64,000 bases of DNA from Tubulanus polymorphus. Its lineage: Eukaryota > Animalia > Nemertea. Shown piece after piece: positions 51,717 through 64,000 of this stretch. Location of the stretch: NCBI RefSeq assembly GCF_964204645.1, contig NC_134025.1:9982001-10046000 (forward strand), in the 5' to 3' direction. The number at the start of each line of letters is the position of its first letter. Positions within the stretch are counted from its first letter, which is position 1. The position numbers and the translations under genes were made by a program. The notes under the pieces were generated by a model that was given only the letters and a program-made list of their open reading frames with translations, was not told the origin of the DNA and did not search any database.

Positions 51717-52542
51717 TTATGAATTCAGAACAAAACTAAATATAGTCTTAGAAGAAAGTCACTACCGCGGTTAAAAAGAAAAAACAAACTCGAACACAAT
51801 AAACATTCAATTAAGCAGCCGATATGAAAATCGTCCACTAACGTAACGCAAACATCCCGAAGACAGAAATCGCTTCGGTCGTCATGGCAATCGGCGTGGA
51901 CCTATTCGAAAACAAGTTAATAGACGCGAAAAAATTAATTACGAGTCCGGGGGAAACCGTTATGATGTATTACGTACAATAAAACTTGCGATAAAAGTTT
52001 GCCGACGAAAGACGTTGTAAGGACTGCGTTTTGCCCGTTTTGCCCGCGCGTGTGATAAAAGAAGCGACAATGGCGAGTGTTGACACAAGTCTCAATTCCT
52101 GCGAGTCGAGGGTAACGCCGGTATGCTGTTGACAACGAATCTCATTTTCCATCTGCAAACAGTCACTTGGCTGCCTCAGCAACAATGTGACTGACAATCA
52201 CGGGCGTGCGACGAGGAATCGGAAATTGCCGCACCGACGGAGTGTATTCCGCGACGATCGAGTCCAAACCATCGGTACTTCACAAACTGGGTCTCACCAA
52301 TTCAGGGTACATGCGTCCATATCCTGGTTGTGGTCAATAGTTCTTCACTAACCTCGATTTCATTATGCAAAATGAATGCCATGAACGATGATCAAGTTGG
52401 AACATTTAAAAAAGATTTAAGATGGTTATCAGTTGTAGGAAAAACAACTTGTATTCTCCTGGTCTTTGAGAATATCAGCATATCATCCATTAACTGAGAA
52501 GGAATCGAGTTAGTCCCAGGTTAAAGTTAATACCAGTCTATA

Positions 52543-52865
52543 GCCGCAATGACACTAACATTTTTGGCCCTGTGCCAAATTAGGCCTGGAACAACCGTTC
52601 ACAGGGGTGCCAATGGGTTTGTCTTGTGCCTGTTTGGCCCAGGCCAAAACATCTATCAGGTCTGAGCCAAATTATAGCACAGGTCAAATTATTGCATGTT
52701 TTGCAATTGGTTGCGGAAGTGACTCAACTCACTTCAATTCACTGTTCAAACTTCAATTCACCGTATAAGCATTGTTTAGTATGAGTGGTTTATGCGTGAA
52801 GGCGTTCTCTAATAAGACATTGGCCAAAAATTGCCCAGGCCAAATCATCTCGGCGTGATCCCGGC
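52543..52865 (+). mobile_element. Harbinger-like MITE family A
   Basis: TAT-AGCCGCAATGACAC...GCGTGATCCCGGCT-TAT, with a 3-bp TAT duplication. Confidence 0.75.
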
Positions 52866-53343
52866 TTATATAAAACCAACACTTAGGAGACCCAGATACA
52901 CGGACAAGTATGTTTCAAGGTCATTTCAAGTCTTCCAGAGATACTACGTATAACGGTGGTCTTTCTCGTGATGTTTGTCTTTCAAAATGCAGTCAACAGG
53001 TGGTAATAACTTACTCTCCGAGGACATTAATCCATTTACACGATGTCGTTGATTCTCTCATCATAGTAGCCGTAGTAGAACGTGTTCGCAGCACCTGTAG
53101 CTCGTAACTGCGAAACCGGGCATTCATAGTAAAAATTAATGTCCTATAGTAGTAACTCAGTTTCACAAGCTGTTCCGCGTCGTGATGCACACACCTTGTT
53201 TTAAAGTGCGTGTTTTTTTACGGCGTCGTCGACGATGACGTAAGCACGGAACGAGTGAATGAACCGACAGAGTTAAAAAAAAGAAGATAAATAACTTCTA
53301 AAGCTCTGGATGTGACGCTAAAGCAGCAGGACGGTGCACAATA

Positions 53344-53633
53344 GCCGCGATCGCATGGGCGAGCTTGACCAGTGCCAAATTAGGACCGGAACAACTGTTT
53401 ATGTCTGTTAGGCCCAACCAAAAACGCTGGACCAGGCCCGAGCCAAATTTCAGCATTGCTCAAATCATTGCATACGAATTACAACTGCTTCCAGAAGTGA
53501 CTCACTTTGCTTTTAGTATCAAGTGAGTGGTTCACGTGTGAACGCCCTCTCTTATCGGGTCCATGTCAAATTTGACCTGGTCCTGATCCATGCCGATTTG
53601 ATCCGGGCCAAATCTTCTGCCTGTGATCGCCGT
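53344..53633 (+). mobile_element. Harbinger-like MITE family A
   Basis: GCCGCGATCGCATG...CTGTGATCGCCGT termini; shared internal blocks. Confidence 0.7.
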
Positions 53634-53646
53634 TTATGACCTTAAA

Positions 53647-53820
53647 AGCCACAATCACATAAGCGTTTTGGCCCGGGCCAAATTTGTGGGAGATTCACTT
53701 CCAGAACCAGATTTACACAACAGCCACAATCACACAGAGACGATTTTGCCAAAATTGGCATGGATAAGACCAAATATGGCCAAATTTGGACTGGGCCAAA
53801 AAGCTTGTGTGATCACAGCT
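53647..53820. mobile_element. Short Harbinger-like MITE related to family A
   Basis: About 38-bp imperfect inverted termini: agccacaatcacataagcgttttggcccgggccaaattt...aaatttggactgggccaaaaagcttgtgtgatcacagct. Confidence 0.65.
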
Positions 53821-54470
53821 AATAATTGGACGCGACAGTATTCGGTCCATATTTGGCCCGTATCAAAAATACTTGTGCGATCGTCACGACTTATGTCAAT
53901 TCAGTATCCGCATCCGACAGGAAAGCGACTTTATACAAAATCGGTATCTGTCACATCAACTGCACCGGGATCTAGCTCCCAAGGAGCAACGATATTGGCG
54001 GGTAAATATTCAGTTAATTATTGGCGCGATATCTTATCACGAGATCTACGGCAAATGTTTGCAGACTTTTCCTTCCTCGTTCGAGTGGCGCTGCTACGAC
54101 TGGCGTTCAGTCGTAAACTTTCTGGCCGCCGCCCGACAAACACAAGTAATCCAAACAAATCGGCGAAACTGCGATAACACAATTTTCATTTACTTTCCTC
54201 TCAATGAAACATATTGATCACGGCGTAATGTCCGCGTATAGCTCAATTAAACAGGCTCTCGAGTCCCTATCTAGCAGGTAAATCATCAGTTTACTGCCGA
54301 CGAACATCACTCGGATAATTCGTTTTACGTCTTTTTACGTAATCTATCTACGGAATTCCCGGTTTAAGCAAATGTCATCTTTACTCTTTAAGTTCCTATG
54401 AGAGTAGTTCTGGCAAATAAAAGCGACGAACTTCGAAGAATCAATGGACTGGTTTATTGAGGAAATATAA

Positions 54471-55019
54471 GCCGCGATCACACGGCATTTGTGGGGCGGG
54501 CCAGATTTTGCCCGTGCCAAATTTGGCCCGGAACAACTGTTCACACGGGTGCCAAATGGGCCCTGAGTCTGTTTGGCCCGGGCCATATTTGGCCCGACCA
54601 AAAACGTCGGACCAGGCCCGAGCCAAATTGTAGCACCAGACAAATGATTGCGTTTGAATTGCAACTGGCACCGGAAATGATCCACTTCGCTTTGTTTGAG
54701 CATTGTTTAGTATCGAGTGAATGGTTTGCGTGTGAACGCGCTCTCTAATTAGGCACAGGCCAAATTTGGCCCGAGCCTGATCCGTGCCAATTTGGCCCGG
54801 GCCAAATCGTCTCCATGTGATCGCGGCTATAGTCAAGGATTGGGGTGCAAATGGGCCTAGACAAGGCCCGAGCCAAATTGTAGCATGGGTCAAATTATTG
54901 CATGTGAATTGCAACTGGCTCTGGAAGTGTCTCACTTAGCTTTGTTTAAGAATTTTTTAGTATCGAGTGAGTGGTTTACATATGAACATGCCGCCAAATC
55001 GTCTTCATGTGATCGCGAC
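54471..55019 (+). mobile_element. Harbinger-like MITE family A: best-preserved copy (54471-54827) plus adjacent partial copy (about 54845-55019)
   Basis: ATA-AGCCGCGATCACACGG...CCATGTGATCGCGGCT-ATA (3-bp ATA duplication). Many GGCCCG / CCAAATTTGGCCCG subrepeats. Confidence 0.8.
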
Positions 55020-58000
55020 TATAATTCAAACCATGTCATACAGATAAAAACGTACTATTTTTTGAAAAGCCAAAGAAGATCTTAGTGAATATTCCCAAAT
55101 TCTTTGGGGGAAGCCATACATACTGTCCTGATTGTCTTGTGCTATTGTCGGTTATGATGGAAGGGTATTAGTGCCCTGATTTTCACCAAATACTATCTGG
55201 AAGTGCCACTAAAACCCGTCTATGAGATGTTCGAGAAAGATTAGCTTTCAAAATTCCAGTATCGACTATAGAAAATAGCAGATATCGATATCGAATATTT
55301 AAACCGAACGCAATTTCATGCATCAGACAACGTCAACTCGTTAGTTTACTATACAATAAGCTGAATTCGAGAAGAAAATCTTCGAAATATCAATGAATCA
55401 ATTTCGTACAATGCGAAATCATTTCGATATTTCGCGCTAGGACGGTCACGTACCATAAGATCGGCATCGCGGCCGCTGCGCGCGGCTAATGAGGAAGAGA
55501 TAGTCGGTGGTGACACCTCGAATCTTGCTGAGACCATCATTCCAGCGCTCTCTCGAGCTCGCGACAGTCATTAAAGAAAATCCATACCGCTGATATCCTC
55601 ACTCGTCGCCAGGTATGAATCCATTTCGTACTCGAGGCCATTTTATCTCTAGTAAAAGGAAATTAAAGTTTACCCCTGCCAGTTATTTGGACAGCGCGAG
55701 CGTTCGTCGGCGGGTTTCGTAACGGCCGCCGTTTCGGATAGCTATCGACATTGACTTTCACGAAAAATCCAATTTCAGCGATCAAAGACCGATTAAGTAG
55801 ATGACGCGGACATATTCCGTCCCGTGACATCACGATACAGAGGGCAGACCGACGCGATGATTTTCAAATTTTGATTGATACGAGCTGATGAAGAGCCATC
55901 GATTAGAGCCTATTGTCGCTACTAGACTAAAACACATTTCTGATGGAGGCTATTATCATTACGAGGCAGTTGGTGGCTTAACGATAATGGCCTCGAAATC
56001 ATGTCTACAAACGACAAACTCCGAGAAGATCGCTCGAAGCTCTTCGGTCGCTCACTTTCAAAATAATAGCTCACGAACGAAACATATCTATTGCGAGCGG
56101 TCCGACAAAAAAAAAACGTTGACAAGTTTAATCAGCCACAGCGCCAATAATAAGACCATTTGCTTGGCTCGAGATAACAGCTCGGATTTGGTGCTAAGGG
56201 TTAAAAAGTGTTAATATCGTTAGCTATTCAGACGAGTAATTTTTCATAGAGCGCTAACCACATCGTGACATCGCCACGTCGACCCCAGACGTGCTTTTAT
56301 AATCATCAGTAAAACGCTATAATTAAGATAATTACACCAGTGGTCATCAATCATCATGCAAGAAGGGCATCTTTAAAACGACCACAGTGACGACTACAGC
56401 CCTTGGGTGATCCAGATATTCTGGCTCAATGATATCTTAAACCATCAACAACAAAGATTTTAAAATCCCGGTTGCCTGGTCTTAGCACATCGTCTTATGA
56501 CTTTAGATCAGTCTCAGCTTCATTTTCGTCTACCTCCAGAATTCACTGAAGAAATGGACTTAAATTTCTCAAGTTTTAGACCAGTTAAGGTCAACAAGTT
56601 AATTCCAGCAGTTCCATCATCTTAGGTCTCAGCTATGCAAAGACATACCAATATCTGCCTATTGAAATTGATTAATTACTTACAAATATATAGCACGTGG
56701 GGCATATCATACATCTTTTTATAATTCCACTGGTAAAAATCCATGTTTGGATTGTCTTAGTCACAGCTATCCTCTGTCTGCTTTGAAGACACATTGCATT
56801 TAAGACAAGTCAGAACATGCCCAGTGGAAATCCCCAGTAACACCTTATCTAGGTCAAAAAAATGATGAAATGTTTATTGGAACGAGGTGTATACTTTTTT
56901 TGTTTTTCTAGTTAGTTTTTTTTTAGTGTAATCATAGCTAGCTCATAGAATAATTTGATCTTTGTACGTAGTGTACTAAGAAATGAAAATGAAACTTCAC
57001 TTTGGAGGGGGGGTGGGGGAGGGGGTAGTGCCATACTATACTATATATTCCCTAATTCAAATAGACCCTCAAACATTTAAATGAAGGATACCCAAATTCT
57101 TTGAGTAAAGTTGATATCAAAGTCTTGATTATTTCCAACCTTTAAAAAGTTAATTAGGGCCAGTTAAGAGCTTAGTTGAGCTCAGGGCTTAAGATCATGC
57201 TCATCATGGCTAAATACAGGCACCTCCATTTCTTCCAAAAACAACTTCCAAACTCGTTGAACTATAGAGCACCAGTGGCGACATTCCCCGTGGCAAAGTT
57301 AAACCAAAAAGCCAGTCGGTAATGCGTCTATTTCACTCTGCATGTGGTCATCATTTCTAAACGGCATGGTTTCTTCATTTCAGATGAAAGACCCGTTACA
57401 CTTTTCGTGGCATTGTGCGCAGTAAATAATAATAACACATAGTGCCATGAAATATATGATTTCGATTCGTATCCGAGACAATGTAAAAAACCATATTCGG
57501 GTAGTTAATCGCTGTTATCTATTGTGGGGGCGCGCAGTAGGAAACCGGTGGGCATGACTTAGGTGCACTCAGTCTTCACTCAGCTGAACTATAATATCCG
57601 ATAAAGAATAAACGTTTGTAGGAATCTAAGTCACGATCTAAAGGGGCACTCAGGTCACCCTTACAACTACAACTGGAAGCGACTGATTAGAGCAACTGGC
57701 AGCGATCGTCAGCGACCAGTTTTTTGCCAGTTGCATTGACCTGAGCGAGTCTACAACTGTCAGCAACGGGTCAACGACGGGAAATTTGTCAGTTGCTAAG
57801 AGTTGAACATGTTGAACATTCAGCAATGCGGTCTAGTGGTCTTTCATTGCATTGTGGTTTTGAATGGTGCATGCATGAACAGAAAGAGTAATTTTCATAG
57901 GGGTTCCAGAATTTCCCTACCAATTGAAATGATCCACGAAAGCTGATAATTTGTTGAGCATCTTTTCATATAAATCTTGCTTCAAATATATTCCACAAAC

Positions 58001-58842
58001 TGTAAAACCTGATTGCAATTTTCGGCTTTCTTCTGGGAATCTACTTCGATCAAAGGCGTGTTACAGTGGAACAATTTGATTAATTTCATACTGGATATAA
58101 TGAATCGATTAAAACGAACATATTTTCTGGTCGCGTGAAGTTCGCTGTAACGAGGTCCTTCCGTAGTTACTTATTCGTCAACACCGGCGGGAAGGAGGCC
58201 TCTCAGGAAGATTCCTCAGCATTTTCGGCTCGATTCTGTCAATGCTGACCTACCTACCGCCGATTCATCGGGTTAAAGGGGTGAAAAATGACGATGCAGA
58301 TAGAGACACCCGGCGAGCAGCTTGAGTCGATCTGCGATCTGAAAACCGCACCTCGTGCAATCATCTCCATAAATTATACATTAATATCTCTTTCATAAGA
58401 GCAAAACTGCGAGCAGTAAAATCCAGCTGGGAGGACGCGTCGCTATCAACCGGCAACAAACATCAAACAAATCGTGAATGGAAGACAAATATATTTTTAC
58501 TTCCTTCTTAAAGCGGCCAGTTTATCAGCGAGTAAAAGTAATAAAACGTGCATTGTGGCGTGTTGTCATTTGTCAACGGAACAGATGCCCCTTTAAAGAC
58601 GCACCACTGTCGGGCAATTTACCAAAGTTCCACGAGAGATGAGACAATGCGTGGAGACTTACTACTTCTCTTTATTTTCATTCAAAAATTAACGTCTACC
58701 AGCGATAAACATGTCACCGCGCACACTAAAGAAACCGTACGTGGATTTATTGTAGCATTCGGCATTTCTACCACTGAACAATTATTATCAGTGTCACAGA
58801 TGGAATCGTACACAACTATTTATCGCCAACTGTAACTTCAGG

Positions 58843-58915
<73 letters not shown>
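58843..58915. repeat. (AT)n microsatellite
   Basis: About 36 AT units with one interruption. Confidence 0.95.
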
Positions 58916-58919
<4 letters not shown>

Positions 58920-61239
58920 CTACGAATATTCAGATGTAAGTCAAGAATTAGCTATGCCATTTATAACACCGACAACCTGAAACAAAAAAACTAACCAAAA
59001 AATTTATTGCCCCCTTGAAGAATAACGCACGATTGCTTAATATTTACAGGACCCCTCAGAAATTTTGCCCTTTTTCTGGTTTCTCTACCCCCCCACCCAA
59101 ATTCAAATTCATGAGATATCTTTATACTGAGTATGCCTGATGATGAATGATAGTCTTTAGCTGAAACGTTGCTCAGAACTTTTCATCTTAGGCTGAACTT
59201 TTGTGGGATTTCTCTCATATTCAATTATGATTATTAATTTTGAAACGCCAATGTTGACGTCGTAGCGCGTAACGACTCATACAGAACCCCCTTATATAAC
59301 GCATACTACGTATCAATGTACATAAACATAATCGTTAACAGTTTTTACGGCGTCAAAAAAAAACCGGATGCACAAAATCCAAATTTGAACTAAAAGGCCA
59401 ACGTAAATCTTTAAAAGCCGTCTTTGAAATTCCATTTCACACGATCTAAACAAAAAAATCCATATCATCCCACAGACGTGGTCTTCAACGAAATACCATT
59501 AGTTCCGACGACGGATGTGTGTCGTAAACGTAAAAGCCGAACGCATAAATTTCATCGAAGCTCAAACCAGGTGAAAATAAAGCGTCCCATTTTTTTTTCT
59601 TCATTCCTCGTAAATTGTTGTATGCCGTATGCCTTCGAGCGATGCTCCCCGTAAATCTAGTGTGACATTGCTTAATGGTTGCCATCGGTTGGTTACCGCG
59701 CTTCCCGGTAATTTTCGCTATTAACTTTCGGCATCGTATTTTTATTCGGCGACCGAACACTATCATTGCGCATTGCGCGTCACGTGGAATAACATCGCGC
59801 GTTTCGAACCTTTTGAACGTATTTCGAAGTATAACGATTTAACGTTTCGTTATCGTGTCATCCGCCGAGAAAAAAAAGTTTTAACGCGATAGAAAGAAAT
59901 GTTGGTCTAAGTAGTAGGCGCAATGATTGCATCAGCGGCTGCAAGAGAACGCGACGAATTTGTCAATGCAAACATCTCAGGCCCGTCGAATAGAATTCCA
60001 CTTTTGGAAGGAGGCAGGTATAGAATTACGATGGATGGCTTCTCTCCGATTGACTGACGTTGAATTTTCGCCTGGTTTCGAACTGCACTCACCCAAGATT
60101 GGATTATTACCGCCCGTGAATGGTTAAGGACCATCTCGAGTAGTCTAGCGATAGTGCGGGAGTTTTCCTGGCCGCGGGCGACTAGAGACGCTACACGACG
60201 ATGACGACGGAAAGAGAGTGCAACATCTTAAGCAGCGCATTCTTCCGAGTTCTTTTCCGAACGCCTCCGCCGAAGCGCACGATTTGCATGCAAATGTCGC
60301 TCCCCGCGGACCCCCTGCGATTCTATGCAAACGCGAGAGGGACTCTCAGTTTTACGAATGGACACGACAACAAAGGCTAAGTTTGCACCTATGTGATGAA
60401 ATACCTCTTCAGGAAACGTTTAAAAAAACAACATTTCAATATACACGGTACGTTCTTCCCACGGCAAATAGACGCGGAAACGATCGCGTCATCGAGGCAT
60501 TACTTTTGAAATCGGGTTCCGAATCCGAACTCGATCAATTTCATGTCTTCACACGCCGGCGAAATCACGAACACGGTTTTTCGACAAGAGTGAAATAAGT
60601 TTCACCCATCGAGCGCGACACGTATATCGCATCAGACGAACCCGACGAAAAGTCGCCGCTAAAGATTAGACGATCGTGAAAATCCATTGCATCCATTAAA
60701 ACCTACAAGAATTCGAGCGACGAAAGAATGTCGAAACAATCGATATGAAATGCAATGATCAACCGTCGCGCCGAGCGAAATATCGGTGCGGTAAATCAAG
60801 AAAAAGAAAATCAGAATCTGATTTTCATTCGTCCCTTGAAGAAATGATGATAATTCTTTAGTTTCAATACGCTTTTATGCCTAGGGGAAGGCTTCACTTT
60901 TCAGCTAAAAACAAGTGTAGCCTAAATTCAAATGAGAAAGAAGTTTAACGGAAACAATTTTTTAAGATAGTCTTGCAAACAAATTGGGGGGGGGGGGATA
61001 CGGGATAGATTTAGGGAAGTTTTTTTCCTGCTTATATGGCGATCACAATCGAAAGCACAGTCTTACATCGAGGTCTGAACACTTGAATGTTGAAGCCATT
61101 CTAAGGCATATTGATGACTTAAGAGACAGATATGGAACTGTGCATGACAATAAAAATTTACATATAAATATACAAGTCTTTCCAAGAATAGTTTGACAGA
61201 TCATATTATATGTTTTCTAAGTCCAACTGTATCTACACC

Positions 61240-61494
61240 TGGGGCTGGTGGCACAGTCGTGACTGGAGTCACAAAAATGGTCTTAAATCTTTAATGACTT
61301 GTCTAAGTTGTTAGATTGGCTATAGAACTAAGATGGTCTTAAGTCCTAAGTCTAAGCGACTATAGAACAGGCCCATTGGGTTGGTTGCACAGTTGTGACG
61401 TAAGTCCAGAACTGATCTTAAATTGTAAGACCGGTCTGAAGGTTGGTCTTAGACTCGTCTTAAGTCGAAGCCGTGACTATGCAACTGGCTCCTG
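61240..61494. mobile_element. Two tandem short inverted-repeat elements (MITE-like)
   Basis: ggggctggtggcacagtcgtgact...gcgactatagaacaggccc and gggttggttgcacagttgtgac...gtgactatgcaactggctcc: each unit has inverted ends and internal cttaag/gtctta repeats. Confidence 0.5.
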
Positions 61495-61857
61495 AGCTCA
61501 AGGTGATATATCCCTCCCCGTAAAGGTAATCTACTGACTTCCAAAAATCGATATTATCACGTATGATAAGTAGCACAAGTCCTCTCCCACCCAGCCTGAA
61601 ATAAGACTACCGGGTATATAGGACTTGAATGCAAAGCAGATTTGACACCTAAATATACCATCAGTGAAAAATATAATTGCTTCTAGAATGTCTTCAAGCA
61701 TGATTTTGTTAAGAGTCATGAAATGATCAGTCACAATGACCTTTAATCGTGTTTACGATGTTTTCTACAGATATTATCTGTCATCATCGAATCAATGCTT
61801 GTGGACAAAATATCATCCCAAATTCACCGGTGGAATTCGCCAAGACTTTCAAGCAAA

Positions 61858-62115
61858 TAGCCCTGATCATACAGAGATGATTTGGCCCAGGTTAAATTGG
61901 CATGGATCAGGCCCGTTCACATGTAAACCACTTACTTGATACTAAGCAATGCTTAAACAAAGCGAAATGAGTCATTTCCACAACCAGTTGCAATTCACAT
62001 GCAATATTCTGATCCCAATATTTGGTTCGGGCCTGATCCGACGTTTTTGGGCACAGGCCCATTTGACACCCGTGTGAACAGTTGTCCCTGGGCCAAAAAT
62101 GCTCCTGTGATTCAG
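61858..62115 (-). mobile_element. Harbinger-like MITE family A, reverse orientation
   Basis: Reverse-complement blocks gttcacatgtaaaccacttacttgatact, ccagttgcaattcacatgc and cacccgtgtgaacagttgt. Confidence 0.7.
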
Positions 62116-63639
62116 TCGGTCCAAAGATGAACGAATCGTAATTACTACAAATAAATCATCCACACACAAACAGATCAAGACTAACTGTGTAAATGGATAC
62201 AGGTATTTTTCTGATTATTCCATCTATTTCTACCGAATCATAAAACCACAATTCATTCGTATCTTACATTTTCAAAGGGTCGATAATAACAAAATATGTA
62301 CTATAAGCGAATCTCCGAGTCAAACCGAACAAAATCAAATGCCGGATCTTCGCCCGCAGGAAAAGGCTTTAAGTACATTCCAAAAAGTAAAATGGCTAGG
62401 AGGATTTGAATCTGTCGATTCACAGAATTTCAAGCATCTCCTCAAGGCTAAAGCTCTTGAGCAGAAGAAAAATAAGGGTAACACACCTACAAGACCTCTT
62501 CGACAAACCCTGACATTATCACAGTGTATTATCGTGTCACTGGCTCGAAGTTCTGTAACTTGTTACGAGGACAGAGAAATATGCGCTGAAGGCTTTGAGG
62601 CCAGTCACCTGCTCGAGCCGTGCACGAGCATTGTGCATCAGCACTGAGGTGTCCCATATTTAAAATACAACCCATCAAACGCGCACCGAGTACCCCCTGG
62701 GCAGGCGCATAATAATGCGAGATTAAGCAATTATAACTTAGACAGTGACAGTATATTTCATTCAAAACACAATAAAAAGCGGTAAGGTCACAATTCCCCA
62801 CCCTCCTTTATATACAATAAGATCATATACAGTCCATGCTGGTATGCCGCGACTTCTGACGTCCAGGACGCCGAGCGATATTCAATGCGCTCGAGTATCG
62901 TTTGAGTACGGAGAAGCATGAAGTACATGTCTAAAAACAACCAGAATACACAAAGACCGGCAATGCCAAAAATTGAAAGTCGACTATTGAAACTATGTCC
63001 GCGCGAGAAGAAAGTCGCGGAGAAAAGAATATCGCCTTGTGTGTGTGTGTGCGCGTACACCTCCCGGAGTAACGGCAAACGAACGAACGTGTCAATCAAC
63101 TCTGTCAATCACGACGCACGACTCCATAATTGGCTCATAGATGCGAGAACCGCTTTGAATCCGTTTCGATCGATCGCCTCGCTGCAATGGACACTATATA
63201 CCGTCACAATAACCCGAATCATTAGAAATTATTTCTTAACAGGACGCTTCCTTAAACGCACTGTTTTACGCTTACGATTTTTTCCCGCGCCAGTAACTAT
63301 TAAAAAAAAAAAAAACACAAAGTACGAAACGAACAACTTCGCACGAAAGTCATGCCAATCATTTCGGATTAAGATCTTTTCCGTTTATTTCATTAGGTGG
63401 AATTAATGACGAGAAATACGCTGTAGTCGTTCGGCTTATCTCACCACAATGAATAGGTCGCGTTTGCGTAAACCCGATCATCGAGTTTCACCGAGACTCG
63501 CGACTAATTGAAGGTTAATCGAAAAGAAATGTCAGCTCTGAGGTCACAGCGTTCAGAAATTTCCGATACGCGACTTAGTCGGAGATGATATTTTTCGACG
63601 AGCAACACGTTTCGCTTGTTTTTAGAACACTTATTGGCC

Positions 63640-63902
63640 GGCGGCAAATTAGGCAAAATTGGGTAAAATTTGGCTGAATCGAAAATGTCGGCCCAGGCCA
63701 GAGCAAGGGTCTTCAATTTAGCGAGGGTCAAATCATTGTGTGTGAATTGCAACTGGTTACAGAAATGAATCACTTCGCTTTGTTTAAGCATTGTTTAGTA
63801 TCGAGTGAGTGGTTTACGTGTAAACGCGCTCTCTAATTAGGCACGGGCCAAGTTTAACTACGGGCCTGATCCCGGGCAAAATCGTCTCCGTGTGATGGCG
63901 GC
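63640..63902 (+). mobile_element. Harbinger-like MITE family A, 5'-degenerate
   Basis: gtgtgaattgcaactgg...tatcgagtgagtggtttacgtgtaaacgcgctctctaattaggcacgggcc...CGTGTGATGGCGGC. Confidence 0.75.
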
Positions 63903-64000
63903 TTAGAGAAAAAGCGTTTCATAAATATACGAATCAAAAATACGAAAGTTGACGCGAAGCCAGATGCGCGACGATTACATAGAAATTCGAATGCGGATCC

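Noticed and set aside
54344-55085. Several overlapping 66-164 aa ORFs, also 53623-54177
   Set aside because: They overlap non-autonomous MITE copies and show no transposase or other recognisable motifs.
59907-59925. CTAAGTAGTAG resembling the miR-252 5' end; also TAATACTGTCA (miR-8-like) at about 6884
   Set aside because: Matches stop after about 11 nt and no complementary hairpin arm is visible. No let-7/miR-100/miR-125 gene was seen in the window.
61474-61485. 12-nt identity to the miR-153 5' end on the minus strand
   Set aside because: It is the terminal repeat of a MITE-like unit, and the rest of the mature sequence does not match.

Overview
Eukaryotic, intron-rich animal genomic DNA from an invertebrate bilaterian. 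A lophotrochozoan origin is my impression only and cannot be proven from the sequence. Five spliced protein-coding genes were reconstructed by hand with GT-AG junctions and frame checks: the 3' half of lin-28 (+), CRYZL1 (+, with a U12-type minor-spliceosome intron), ATP5PO/OSCP (-), MRPS6 (+, head-to-head with ATP5PO) and PRDM1/Blimp-1 (-, 5 coding exons, large introns). About 20 kb of gene-free, CpG-rich DNA follows upstream of PRDM1. Non-coding DNA carries several MITE families (Harbinger-like, pogo-like, hAT-like), Helentron-associated (HINE/DINE-1-like) elements, a LINE 3' fragment and a 38-bp minisatellite. Highlights: (1) lin-28 and Blimp-1, the two ends of the Lin28/let-7/Blimp1 axis, lie about 21 kb apart, enclosing three genes that are neighbours on human 21q22, which suggests an intact pre-duplication ancestral block; (2) a near-perfect let-7 site in the lin-28 3'UTR, plus a lin-4/miR-125 8mer inside the CDS; (3) a transposon-borne array of four CTCF-consensus motifs between the housekeeping genes and the Blimp-1 domain; (4) a divergent pair of A-box/B-box (Pol III-like) units in ATP5PO intron 1. 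No prokaryotic systems, CRISPR arrays, tRNAs or rRNAs were seen.
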